Assembly (NCBI GenBank): GCA_976551045.1
Contig: CDPCPM010000421.1
Location: 744,001 to 808,000 of the forward strand
Origin: Glaucostegus cemiculus
Taxonomy: Eukaryota
DNA length: 64,000 nt
Reading direction: 5' to 3'
The position numbers and the translations under genes were made by a program. Positions 48,951 to 62,559 of the stretch are shown here, in pieces. Positions within the stretch are counted from its first letter, which is position 1. The number at the start of each line of letters is the position of its first letter. The notes beneath the pieces are model-generated. The model searched no databases. It saw only the letters and a program-made list of their open reading frames with translations, and was not told the DNA's origin.

Positions 48951-51900
48951 TCCCTGGATTAGTCGAGATCTATCTGCCCAGTGAAGTAGGGTTTTAAATT
49001 CTTGTTAATTAAAAAAAAAACAGTTTGCAACACCACGACTCCCCCCCCCCTCTCTCTCCCACAACCCCTCCAATGAAGGCTGAATAGCCCCTTTAAGACA
49101 ATTATCATTCTGCAGGTGTTATCTGGTGGGATGCAATGAGTGTTAGTATAATAGAGCAAGTGCTTGCAGTTTAAACAGGACGAAAGATTTTGGACACCAG
49201 CTCCTGTTCAGAGTCCCCGCACTGCAAATCCAAATGCTTACCAATCAATATGTGCAGTAAATGAACACAGTGAAAGAAATGTGTGGCTGCGGTTTTTCGC
49301 TTTATCCCACATACCGCTGCCTAACGTCACTTGTACCTGGTCTAACCCTACACTACCTCAAATCTGGGAAAAATATGGCTTTGATTGCCGTAACCTGCAG
49401 TCTGTTCCCTCTGCTATAGGCTAAAATTGCCCTTTTTGACCCTTCTCCCTACATGGCCAGAAATCAAATAAAAATCCAAATGCAATATCGGCGAGCATGT
49501 GCGCTGTGTATCAGAGAGCAGCGCACATAGGCCAGTGCTTGGAAGATCCATGCTTTGAAACGGTAACGGAGATTTCAATTTCCCCACATCTTAAGAAGAA
49601 AGGTTTAAAATCTGGTTTTGGAGAAATGCACAATGTAAAGCCCGGTCACTACAATGTTTATCACCAAAACGGATAGTTCATTGATTCTTAAACATTGCCT
49701 TTGAGCAGAACCGCAGGTCATTAATACCCGAACCTCGTTTCACAGCAACTCCCGGAGCTGTGCGGTGTTGTAAATGTGACCATATGACAGGGTTTCCCGT
49801 CAAAACAACCCGAGAACCACCAAGACAATTTTAAACAGAAACTTTTCGATGCAGAAAGCAAAAGCCTGTTGTGGATATTAATCCATAAACTGCTCTTTTG
49901 AAATAAAATTGATAACATATTAATTAATAATTGAACCTTTGAAAATATATATTAGAAGGAAAGACACGTTCCTGTGATTCTGAAATATACAATTGTCAGC
50001 ATTTCTTTCCTATGTTTTCTTGAAGCCTAAGATTTTGGATTTAATCACATTTGGGAATGTAAATTTTGAGGTAATCTCAGTGCTTTTTGGAACCTGCTGC
50101 AGCCGCTGGATAGCTAACCGTATATCCAATGTCGATGGAACCCCACAGAGTGTTGCTTTGCATCCTCCTTTTCCAAGTACAGGGGAGACAACTTAAACCC
50201 CTGTGTTGACAACTGACCTTATTCATACAGGACACATATATCTGACACACAGCCCAGCACGCTTCATTCTTTTGCTAAGCCAAATTATTTGGATTGTAAA
50301 AGCAGATCTTACTAGCCTTACAATCGATTTTCTATTGATAATAATGCAAACTAATTTATTGGAAACCAAACAGATATGTGAGATGAGGCTGATTTTTCTT
50401 GATACCAGTATAGGTGACTTGCTTTTCTGTAGCGATCTGGATGTTGACTTGCCCAGTTGAAGCTTATGGCTAAGCTGACCATCTGTCATTCAATTAACGT
50501 TTCAGGGCAGCTGATCTGTAACCAGAAGGGTCAGCGACCCCAGGACAAACCTAAAGCTGCCAGAGAAAGGCGACAAAAGTTCAAATGTTAAACGCTTGGC
50601 ACTTCTTCGAGGCTGGGCAGGTCAGAATATTTGCCTATGTAAAGCTTGCATTGAGTGCTCGGGGGAGACTGCACCCGGATTCGATTTAAAGCTATTGTAC
50701 CACTTTGTTCTTTCAGATGACAAACACACTTTTAGCAAACAATAGATTACAGGATTTGGATTTTTTTAAACGCCACGTTTAAAGTTATATCAACTGTACA
50801 GTAGATTTGAGCAACATCTTTTTCCCTCTCTTGTAATTGAGCTAATTCCCCTCAACGGAGATGCTCTAAAGTGATTGGAAAACAGAAAGGCAAAATCGTT
50901 GTAAATTAATGAAACTGACTTGAAAGTGCTTCATTGATTTGTCAGTAAGCGGGAAAATTTACTACCGCGTCATCATAATCACAACCCCCACCCGGTTCAT
51001 GATTAAATTCTCAGATACTGCAAATTCTAATCAAGAAAACTTACTTAAATTTGAAACAGCGTATTAACTAGGGAGGATTCTATGGTACTTTGCATTATGC
51101 ATAGGTTGTCATTATAAATTGACGTTTAGAATGTTACCCTGCCGATGCGTATTCTATAAAAGCAACACGCACTCCCAATACCATAAGCTAAAGGAACACA
51201 GGTCCAACGAGTTAGCTGAAGCTTTCACACAAAACACTAAAACAAATTAAGTTTTCGCTATGCTAATTTAGCAGCCATATATATTTAACCAGCGACGTCG
51301 CTGGAGCAGGTATGGATGGATTTATTTTAAAAAAACAAATGTAATCTATAACCAGAGTTAATCTGCATCTCTGCCCTTTGAGGAATGGTCGTTCTGTCCA
51401 AATTTGTTTTGTAACATGCTCCAAATTTGTGCAATAGAAATACTGCAGGTGGGAAGCGGAATGATATTGCGATATTTTCTGGCAAACAACTCAATTTCGA
51501 CATCCGATCAATTCGTCACGAATTTTTAACCTTTTAGCCATCATTTGCTTTTTGGATTCAAGGAAGTGAACCTCTTCCTAATAACACATTATCAAATCCT
51601 ATCCTCAAGTGTTGAGGCGCATAGCTATTAATATTCTAAAATACAGCTGGTCTTCGGAAATTTGTAGGATATTATTCAGTTTAATAGCTTCTGAAGATAT
51701 TGAAAAATCAGCAGAAATTATTTCAGGTCACGTGGAAGGTCTCAGCTAGTTTCATTGTCATAAAATCCATCCTGATTCAATATTCCTTCACATCCAATTT
51801 TCGGGATTGTTAGAATGATAATGCGGATTCCTTTTAAGCACCTTTGCATTTAAATTTGGACAGCTTCACAATCCGCTGGAGGAAAAAATGATGTTGATCG

Positions 51901-52769
51901 TGGAGCAAAACTGGAGTCAGAACTGACGGCTTCTGATTACTTATTACACGAGAATGAATCTGGATCTTATTGACATCAGTTCAAATGACACAAGTGATTG
52001 CAGTTAGATACAATTTTATTGGAATAAACAGTTCATAATAAACATGAAGAACAAATCCACATTTGTTCGTTCTCAATTTCCAATTAAAGTACATATAAAT
52101 AAACAATATGTAACTTCTGTAAAATAACTGTTGCTTCAGAAAAATAAACTTAGCATGACATTTAGACTAGACACAGGTAGTTAATATGTATACCCCTGTG
52201 AGAATTTTTATCCTCACAGGGGTATACAAAGGTAGCAAGGATTGGAAGGTATTGTTCCCTATGTAATAATCTCTCATTTTCACCTGTTCTTTTTCTTCTC
52301 CTTTTCTAATAAGCACATGGTTCTTTACAGCTTCAAAGACAAGATCATTTCACAGTTAGTTATTGCGCTAATAAGAACTTTCATCACTCCGGCTGAATAA
52401 TACTATGTATGTTTAATTCAAAGTCACTTAGTTTGAATTATCTGATAATTCATTTTTAACGTACTGCGTTGGTGCCTTTCCATGTTATTTATACTGCTTC
52501 ATTCAAATTACTGAATAATTCACTTTTTAGGGCAACAGGAGCTTAGAATTATCAGGAGCAGACTATATTTCAAATTACAAGCATTTGGATTAAAATAGTC
52601 ATCCACATGAAGCACAGCAGATACTAAAAGCCAACAACACTTTCAGTCCTGCAATGTATTATTTCTGTATTTTGAAAGGTATGATAATTCATTCCTGGAA
52701 ATAACTTTTTTTTTGTCTGAAATATCTTAGGGAGGACTAAGATTCGTAAAAAAAAAATCCATATTTTTC

Positions 52770-53130
52770 AGGATCTGGGCATTGCTGGAATGACCAGCAT
52801 TTATTGACCATCTCTGGTAGCCCTTGAACTGAATGACTTGCTAGGTACTTTCAGAGGACATTACAAGAGTCAACCATATTGGTGGGTCTGAAGTCACACG
52901 TAGGCAAGTCCAGGAAAGGACAGCAGCTTTCCTCTATTGATGACCATTAGTGAACCAGATTGGTTTTTACAACAATCCAGTAGTTTTTGTTCTTTAGAGG
53001 TTAGTTAAATGAAAGGTTATTAACTATTTAAATTCTTCATGCATCATGCTTGGATTTGAACTCATGTCTCTGGACTCTTAGTCCAGGCTGTTGGATTATT
53101 AGTGTGGTAATTTAACTGCTGCCCCACTAC
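52770..53130 (-). mobile_element. Dispersed SINE-like repeat; first clear TE upstream of the ONECUT1 domain
   Basis: Similar to 15735-16085; ends with tRNA-like GGATTTGAACTC...TAGTCCAGG. Confidence 0.6.
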
Positions 53131-56100
53131 CATTACCCTATAGGAATGAGATAACACTCTGTTTACATTAATATAAGACTGAGAGATATGAGTTATAATG
53201 CTGGCTTTATATCACAATTTACTCAGGCCACATACATATATATGATTCTGCACAGCAGTTTCCATTTGATTAGCACTAATTTAATGTTAGTGTAAGTGGC
53301 ACAATTAGCTTTCTAATAAAAAGCCAAAGATGAAAAGATGTTTGCTAGAGGTTGTTTTTAAAGGTTCCTTCAGTTGCTTCTAATCATGAGTATAAATCAC
53401 ATTGTTATGAATATTTTTATGGAAAAAAATTAGAATCATATCTACACAAGGTAGTTTTCATTAAGAAACATAAAATGCTCTTAGCTTTAATGGTGTTCTA
53501 CTTAAATTATCATTATAGGGAATTTTTCAGTTGCTAATTAAGGGTGAAGACATTGAAGCTGGGGTGATTTTGATATTATTCTGCAGTTATAGCTAATCAT
53601 ATCCTTCATGGGGTTAAAGGTCAGGTAAGTGACACCAACGATACATAACAATTATATCAAGATTATATTATAGTTCAAGGAACAAAATAGGATAAATGTA
53701 TTTTGAGTGAAAGATTCTACTCCCACCTCCCCTCACGTGCCTCCCCTCACCTAACTGTAGGTGTGAATGACGCTTCTCCAATAGCCTCACTGAAATTCAA
53801 GCTATCTGTACTTCTCTTCCTGGGAGGCCACACTGAAAATCTCACAACACAGGTTGGGAAGGAAACACTTGGGTGGCTTTAGTACAGACCAAAGTTGTTT
53901 ATGTAACTAATTGGGGAATCATGTATAGTACATCATAAAATATCAAAGTGATTTTATTCAAAGTAAATGGACTGAACCAACAGTTTTCTTAAAAAACTAA
54001 AAATTATTAATGACCCTATTGCTTTTAATACTGCCTTTCTTATTTCTAACAACCGTTTTCAAACTGAAATGTAAAATTAATATCTTAAAACAATTTACCA
54101 TTGTTTTGCTACAGTTTACCATTGTTTCATCAGCAAGGAACAATATAAAATTGTACAAGTACTGAAACTTCATTTACATGGATATGCCATTATAAGTATT
54201 AACTTCCTCCACAGCATTGCAGGTGTCCAGCAATAATTCAAGAAATGTACTAGTAAATATATCATCTATGAAGTATTCTGTTAAGCTGAATATGATTTTG
54301 CAGAAAGGAATACACAGATGCATACGCACACACATACACAATATTACATGTAGCACGATCTCAGTTTATCTAATATCACATAATTAAACAGTATACAAAT
54401 GTTTTGGATGGATATCAATGTTAAAGATCCATCAGACAGCAGTTTTCTGATGGCAGTAATTCACAATACGCGCTGCAGTCTCAGGCCTGGTGTTGGACTT
54501 CTGTTATGCTGTTAAACGTAATCCCAATTCTTTATGAAACTAATCTAGTAAAGTAAGGCCAAAAATGAATGCCTAGATCTACTAGAAGTGCATAAGCATG
54601 TTTCTTCTCGGGTTTCTGTTTAATGTGTGTGCACCGACATTCAAAGCTTTCAAAGATGATTTATCAAGTTTGTTTCAGAGTGCATGTTATTAATAATGTG
54701 TGCCCATTCATGTTGGCCTATGGATTTCACTGGAAAAAATAGCAAGTACAACATATACAATTACATTTGCTTCCTCGGGCTTGACAGCAATAACTTATCT
54801 CCTCTGTTGTTACTGCGTTTGCGCAAACTTGTCTTCATATGTTATAAACCATTTCATTGCACTTAATATCTGGACATATTCTGTTACAGACTGCAGCCAT
54901 TCTGGTTGTCACTGTGGTACTAACTATGATAACCGGAGGCTTTCGATGTCATGGAAACTGATTTATTTCTCAATTAATGGTTTAAAATGAAGATTCAAGG
55001 TGCACCAAATTCAAATCTGCAGGTAGATCTGAAAACATTCACTATCTTTAGAAAAAACAGCTATTTCTTAGTTTTATAATCTACAAACCTAAGCTTGTAT
55101 TTGAGTGCAAAGTACTCAATTTCTGCATTTTGTACTGCACCTCTTTATGGATTTTTAAAATATTAGGTCCTTTATATATTTTGTGTCATATATGAAAATC
55201 ATTTGAGAATGCATAAGGTGCAAAAATGTACCAACCTGATTACAATAAGAGGCTCAATTATGAGAATGGAATCATGTCATTTGTTTTAAGAAAGCAAGAT
55301 TAAGGTTGAAATCTCTGAAATACTTTTTTAAAATAGTGAATGCTCATGGTATTGGTGTCTGGGGCAGCCTGAAGGAATGTTTGAGTCAAGCTAAAAAACT
55401 GAACTTGTTTCTACAGATCTGAAGTTGCAGTAACATGGGTTAATGAAGGTATCAATTGCTGTTAATTCTGCTCTCTTACACTGTCAAAATCAGTAAATCT
55501 TTCAATTTAGTATCACTAATAATAAGACAGAAACTGGTCAAACATTGTTGGTGAATAGACATTTCTGAATGAAACCTTGCTTCATCAAGTTCCCTCAATA
55601 AGCTGACTTAATGCACAACATGACATTTCAGAAGTAATTAACAGGGTATATTCTTACACTGCATTTTAAAATCAGTACCTGATTTAATTTGGTAAGGGCA
55701 TTTTGATTTGTCACCACCCATTACATTCAACTACTGCATTGTCTGCAGGTCAGCTTTTGTAACTGAGCATAACAATTCTGAATATTCAAATTTAAATGAG
55801 CTACCAGTGAAACAGTTCTTCCATATATTGACCCATTATAAAGGCCATTAGTGAATTGGAGATATGTTTCAATTGGATAAACTTCAATACTTACAAGATT
55901 TGTAAAAGGCTATAATAAACATCAATGCATTTTTTGCAAGATATCATGAATAGGATGTACAGACAAAAACATTTAAAAAAATTCAGAGACAATAATGGCA
56001 AAGATGTGAACAGGTTGTGACTTTGAAGAGACAGGATTCCCTATCATTGTTTCTTCGAGTTATGCTGCTGAAATTCTTACTATTTTATTAATGTCTCTCT

Positions 56101-56489
56101 GTGACCTCTTCCCCTTTTTTAATCTTTCTCCAAGCTTTATACATTTATGGTCTAAAAAGGAAATCATGCATAAATACCCAATGTTGCATAATTGTTTTGC
56201 ATTGGCAAGCTTGTATCATGATTTACAAAACTTGTCCAATCCCTTTGATGACCAGAAAACTCCTTACAGATATTAAAGTCTAATTCTTTAACTCCACTTT
56301 CAGGCAGAATGGCAATATCCTTAAGAATGCAAAATTGTTTTAAATCTTGAAGTCAAGGGTTGAACAATTTCATTAAGTTTGACCAAATAGCAGCTTGCAG
56401 AATATGGGTTAGATTAACCCTAGTTTACTAAGTCTGTTGATATAATAGTTGCTTTTAGAGCAGGGATATTACTGTTCACTGATGGGTAC

Positions 56490-56780
56490 ATAAGGGTCAG
56501 GAGCTGATTGTTCAGTCTCTCAGCTCTGCTTCCCAATTTAATAAATCAAATTTCATCTACACCTTAACACTATTTACTACTTCTCTGTATCTCTTGTCAG
56601 CCTTATCCAACAAAATCCATCTCAGTCTTGTCCAGGCATCCATGGCCTTTTGAGGGAAGGGTCCCACATTTCCTCTGCATCAAAGTAGTGTAGATTTAGT
56701 CTTTGAATAATCTAGCGCTGACATCATTGTACTTGTTATTTTTGATTTCTTCCACCCAGGGAAATAATGATCAATTTCTG
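56490..56780 (-). mobile_element. Old CR1-like fragment
   Basis: CATAAG...AGGAG....TTCAG...CT.AGCTCTGCT motif shared with 61215-61450. Confidence 0.4.
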
Positions 56781-59700
56781 TTAATCTTTTAAAGAAACTG
56801 CCAAGTTTATGCAGCTGCACTTTAAACTTACCCCTTGTAGCTCAAATATACAGTCATCATTTGCAGTTGGCCTTTTGATTGATATCAATTGCACAGCTTC
56901 TGAGAATGGGATATCATTGGATGGGTGATGCTTTATGAATCTCATTGGGTGGGAAGGAAACAACATACTTAATTGGTGCCAAATATTCAGTACAATTTTG
57001 TCTACTTCTTCAAACAGCATATTTCTTCCTTTGCAGATAAAAGTTAATAAATCTTTGTGGATCTGCATTATAACAATGGCAATTATTCATTATATGCACT
57101 TTTAGGAATCTCCAGCTTAAATAAATCCATGATTGTGGAGCTGCAAGTATATGAGGCATTTTGTATTGGTCATCTCCTCCTCTGTCACTTTAGTCTATGT
57201 GTGGCTGGGTTTCTACCTCTTCCAGTTTTAATAAAGAACAATTACTCTAATACAATGGTTACTGACACATAACACACTTCACTTCCCAAGATGCCATGTT
57301 AAGGCCTATGAGCTGCAGTTTCCTGGTAACAGAAAAAAATTCCTCCAGGTATTCTGAACCAATATGTTATTGATCAGTAGAATGATGAATGGTGAGTAAT
57401 AGAATTGCTTATCTAGTTTCAGGCAGGAAAAGCAAGGAAAAAAATGTTGCATCTGCATATTTCTATGGTCTCGCAGGCTGCAAGTGAATCTACAAACCAT
57501 GGCCTGCATTAACACTGATTGTAGACAAATAGGTTTGCTGATTTGTGCATCACCTTTATTTAAATGATTGTCTTATATTTATAACATTAAAAATAATGAA
57601 CCTAGGTTCATTTTTTCAAGGTCCCAATTATGATATTAGAATTATAGATGACAGGTGTAAATCTTTCTTTTAAAGAAAAGCTCTAAACCTCTTGCATTAA
57701 TACAATGTATTTAATGTAATAAATCACCTTAAGGTGGATCACAGGCCGAATCTGAAACCAAGTCGCATAAGCAGATTTTCAGACGTGTGGGCAAATGTCA
57801 GCTCAAAGAGCTTTAAGGTGCTTCTTAGAGGAAGTTTAGGAGGTGAAAAGATTTAGCAATGGAAATGCAGGGCTTATGACACAGGCCAGAGTTTTCCAAC
57901 CTGGTTGTTGGCTGGAAGGAATGTGGGAGAGGCATCAAAAACCATTGGTGCCCAATGACGCTTTGTCAGTTAGGTAATTTAGCTAGAATGGTCAGAAAAA
58001 GAGCAAAAATAAATACAAATATATTCAGCAAGCTGTCTGTCCTGGCTGCAGGGAAATTCGCACTCCTTTAATTCCTTAGAAGCAGTGGTCCTGCATTTAT
58101 AGGGACTAGTGGGCCCATGTTTCACTGAGTACAAACAAGCTAGGCTTTCATTCACAAAGATTGGGAACCACCGCCTCAGACATCTGGCGGTATGGTCACC
58201 AATGGTGGTGCATGAAAAGCAAAGGCTCAGAGCTCCCATTGGTCATCAGGGCTCTACAGATGAGGCCAACATACAAAATTCAAATTTGAGGCATTGCTGA
58301 GAAGTATTCTAATCTGTGATGGTATTTAATCTTTCCGACATAAACGTTTGGTAGCGGAGGCATCACTAATAACTGACAACAAATTAAAATGCCAGAACCA
58401 CTGTGATGTAGGTCTATTGCTGTTTGACACATGTTGATATAAACACTGTTCTGGCTGCAGGTAACTCATCAGTGACAGTTTGTGAAAGAGACACATCATC
58501 TTAACATATCTGTTTCTTCAAGGTTGTCAGCAACAGGAAAGCTTTAAGTGACTACAATGACGGTAAATAATCTCCAGCCTACAGACATCTAACTACACGA
58601 TCACTCCAGTTACAGAGTACAATTTCCAACTTCTGTCATTTGACAAATTAAACTTAAATATACAATTAATGCCTGTTAAAACCAGAGATGAACTTAGCAG
58701 TTAGTTGAATGGAAAATATTTTGAAACAAAATTGTGAGGAATTTTCAATAAATATAAATATTGTAGGCTGAGCCTTTAGTAATAAATGGTAAGAAGTATT
58801 TTTAATTTATAAATCATAATGACACCTTAAAAAATCAATGACATGCTTTAAGAGAATTGCTCACCATAGGGGGTGCTAAAATTTAAGATCATCTACAAAA
58901 ATTACAGAACTGAAATTAAATCAAAGCAAGCCTTCACAGGGTCTTGTGGGTTGTGAGCAGGTACACAGTAATTTGAAGTATTTGTAGTAGCTGAGGCTTG
59001 TCATTTGAGATGTGATAAGAAATAATTTGTAATAAGCGAGCTACCTTCTTTAATTGTCTTCTGCTGAAGTGGAGAGTCCCAGTAATGATTTATTGCCCCG
59101 CTGCCTGTCTGCTGATAACTGGTCACCAAATGGCTCCTCATTACTCAAAGCTCCTTCATTCTCTATAACCAAAATCTTTTCCCATTAGTCCAGTTTTGTT
59201 CGAAGGAAATGAATGTAAGGCCTTCTAGTGTAAGCCCATAAACTATTTTAGTATATAAAAAAAATCATAAATAATGGGGGGAAATCTTGTTTGCTACGCC
59301 TGCTGGATCAACTGCCTCTTGGCCTTTTGATAGCATCTTTGAAATGGAAATGCCCAGCTGCCTGACCTTCTGTTCAATGACCCTTTTGTACAAAGTCAAA
59401 TCACCGTGGCTTTGCAGAAGCCCAATCACAGCAATTCACCTGATGGATACTCTATGCCTTTAATACCATTTACAAAAAATATATAGAATATTCCACATTA
59501 ACTGATTTCATGACAGCACACATCAAAATAGCTGAAATTTTACAGGTTAAAAAGTGTATATTAAAATCACGTGGAATATTATTTTAAATGGTTTCTTTTG
59601 CCATTTAGTGCAATTTTATGATTCATAACCAGTTAAAGTGCAAGAGAATTACATGTAACTTATAACAAGTAAACCCAGTGTATTGCTCTGTTGCTGAGAT

Positions 59701-60869
59701 AGTAATAAACAGAGAAAAGTTGCAGCAGAATTGCTGCAAACATTTTGTGATAGTGACTCAAAGGACATTTATATAAGCTCAGTTTTTCTGTACGAATTAG
59801 TAAATCCTGTGTAAAACCCATTGACTACCATCAGAAAGGTTACACTGATAATTACCCTTCCACAAAGTAAGGTGATGTATTACTCAATTGTTTGAATATT
59901 TCAGTTTATTTTCACTCACAAGGTGGGGCAGGGCTTGACTTGTTTAATTTGTGTAAATTGCAGTTTATTGGAATGCTGAATTGAGAGTGAGAGGAGAGGA
60001 GGTTGTTGGCTGGCAAGTATGTCAAATTTCTCAGTGAGTGCATGAAACAATAGGGTTCACAACAATGTGGCAAGCTGCCCAGTTTCTCAGCACACAAAAA
60101 CTGGTTCATAATTACACTATAATTCAATCAGAAGTCTTTTGCTGCAGATAAGTCCCTAATGAAATTAGGATTCTATGCAAAGTTAACACTGAATACAGAC
60201 ATTCAAAAATTGGTAGATCACATCAGGACTACTTTCTATATAATCCCTCACAGTGTTGTACTCAGTTAATATCCAATTTGTAAAATTGGACTCTGCAAAG
60301 ACACAAGGTTATGGCTGGCATGTTATAACAGAGCCATTACATTTCCCATTCGGACACTTCATCACTCCAGCTGCCCTGTTCTATATCTAATTTACTTACA
60401 TTTATCTGCTGCACACATTAGGCAATTGGCTTCAGACAGGATGTGGAAAAGCACCTTAAATACTTGGAATGGAAGGACAGGTTTATTGAAGCTTTTACCT
60501 ATTGCAGGAGAGTAACTCCACAAACCACAAATTCTTGTGGAGTTAGGTAATGAGGAAACATGCCCAGACCAACTTCAACCTGTAAATAATTTCTGTATTT
60601 TTTTAAACAAAGTTGAACTGGAATAATTTCCCACTTCCTCAGTTTGAGGAAAAGTTATGTTAGGTGTAAACAACACAACTGTAAAGGTAGTGATGAGGAA
60701 ATCTTTTGTCTGTAGCTTACACCATAACTTCTAAAATAAAATAAAACAGCGACTAAACAGGGATGACTCATAAAACACAATACTGCCTCATAATTTCAAG
60801 GAACCCTAGTATGAGAAACATTTTACTGAGTACCAGAAATAAAATACTGCAGGAGGTGGATAACTGAAA

Positions 60870-61660
60870 TTTTAAAAAAGGAAAATGCTGGGAATATTTA
60901 GCAGTTCGGGTCATGCCTGGAGAGAGGAACAGAGTTAATGTTTCAGGGGGATGACTTTTTGTCAGGATTGTGTTATTACAGGTTGTAAACAAGAACAGTG
61001 GAGGGAGAGACGTAAGGTGAGGTCTGAGTATGGCTGGGAAAAGGGTGTGGTTAAATAATACAAATTAGGAAATTTAGTTAAGTACATGGAAAGGAAGGAC
61101 TTGGAGGGAAATGCCAAATGTGGGAAAATGGGACTAACCTGGTGGGTACCATGGTCAGCATGGAGGAGTTGGGCTGAAGGGCCTGTTTCCATGCTGTATT
61201 ACTCAATGACTCTTTGAAGAGGAGGAGGACATTCAGTCACTTGAGCTACTTCACCATTCAGTAAGGTCACACCTGATCTCATTGTGGCCTCTGCTCTGCA
61301 TTCTCACCTACCCTGGTAACCTTTCACCCCCTTGCTTATCAAGAAACTAATTCTGCCATAAAAATACTCAAACACTCTGCTTCCACTGCCCTTTGAGGAG
61401 AAGAGTTTTCCAAAGACCCATAACCCTCTGGGAGAGGAAAAAGAAAGTCACCTAATCTATGTCTTAAATGTATTTTCAGCAGCATTTTCAGTTCTACATT
61501 GTCTCACAAAAGGAAAAACACTCCACACCCTATCAAGATACCCCAGGATTTTATATGTTTCAATTAAGTCATCTTTCACTTGACTAAATTCTAGCAGATA
61601 CAAGCCTAGGCTGTCTAACCTTTCTGTGTAAGGACCATCCATTCCAGTTACCAACCTAGT
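60870..61660. mobile_element. Cluster: Penelope-like end (60870-61040), CR1 tail (+, 61065-61215), CR1 fragment (-, 61220-61660)
   Basis: GAAAATGCTGGGAATATTTAGCAG; GGGCTGAAGGGCCTGTTTCCATGCTGTA; YTERLDSLGLYLLEFSQVKDDLIETYKIL. Confidence 0.72.
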
Positions 61661-61740
61661 GAGCCAATGGATAGCCCAGCTGGTCCTTCTGAGGATTTCC
61701 AGCTTTTATTTTTTCTTAGTACATTGTTTATTCCCTTTGG

Positions 61741-61868
61741 ACCAAGCTTAGATATGCCTGATTCTGTCTGATCTCAGAAACTAAGTAATGTGGTTGGTAC
61801 TTGGATGGATGAAGGATTCAGAGCATCAGACGCAGCTAGCTTACCTGGAAAGTACAGGGTGCTTCAGC
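61741..61868 (+). pseudogene. 5S rRNA-derived relic (pseudogene or SINE3 head)
   Basis: ATGCCTGATTCTGTCTGATCTCAGAAACTAAG...TGGTTGGTACTTGGATGG...CCTGGAAAGTACAGGGTGCT aligns by eye to vertebrate 5S (GCCCGATCTCGTCTGATCTCGGAAGCTAAG...TGGTTAGTACTTGGATGG...CCTGGGAATACCGGGTGCT). Confidence 0.72.
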
Positions 61869-62559
61869 TGAGGATCACCTATGATGCAAATTTTATTGTT
61901 AACTCTAAAGAACCCCAGCAGCCACACCTGGCCTTAGGATGGACTTTTGGTACTGTTTATATTTTTATGACAGCTACCTTATACATAGGTTTACATTAGG
62001 AGGAGGGACTAAAGAGGTTGCTCAATGTTAATCTGTGGGTAACCTCAGCCCAGACTGGATCCATTCATCCTTTCTGCTGTCGCTGAAGAAGCTCTTCATC
62101 CCAACATAAGTAACTTCAGTATAAAGGCAACATTAAAGTTTCAGACAAGATTCATAATGTGGATTATTTTCTGTCCTTGTGAAAGCAGGAAAGGTAGTGA
62201 AAGAGCAATGAGATAGTTTCCAGCATCACTGCATGTAGAAAGTTGTAGACGAAGCATGAAAGAAAGCTAGAACCACAACTAAAAAATAGCATTATATCAA
62301 CTGTCAGGAAAAGAACAATAACAACCTCCATGTATATTGTTCATTTGATGAAGGGTAAACATCCCAAGGCGATTCGTAGAAATGTATTCAGTCAAAAATA
62401 GAGGGCGAGTGACAGTGGAATGTATTAGCAGGGATGTTCAAAAAGATAGGTCTAAGGAGAGAGAAGAAAAGATTTAGCAAGTTAATTCCAAACCATCAAA
62501 TTTAAACAGTTGAGGCACCAACAACAATTCTAAAGGAGTTACAAGAATAAAGAGATCTG

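Noticed and set aside
22200-52770. Many ATCAATA/TATTGAT ONECUT-type motifs as proof of autoregulation
   Set aside because: A rough chance estimate in 30 kb of AT-rich DNA is about 9, similar to what I saw, so there is no clear enrichment.
53700-53920. Possible ancient SINE fragment
   Set aside because: Resemblance too weak to assign without a library search.
57595-57612. 18-bp perfect palindrome AATGAACCTAGGTTCATT
   Set aside because: A 9-bp arm is expected a few tenths of a time per 64 kb by chance; not significant alone.
60513-60545. 11-bp inverted repeat TAACTCCACAA...TTGTGGAGTTA
   Set aside because: Short stem with a long loop; compatible with chance.
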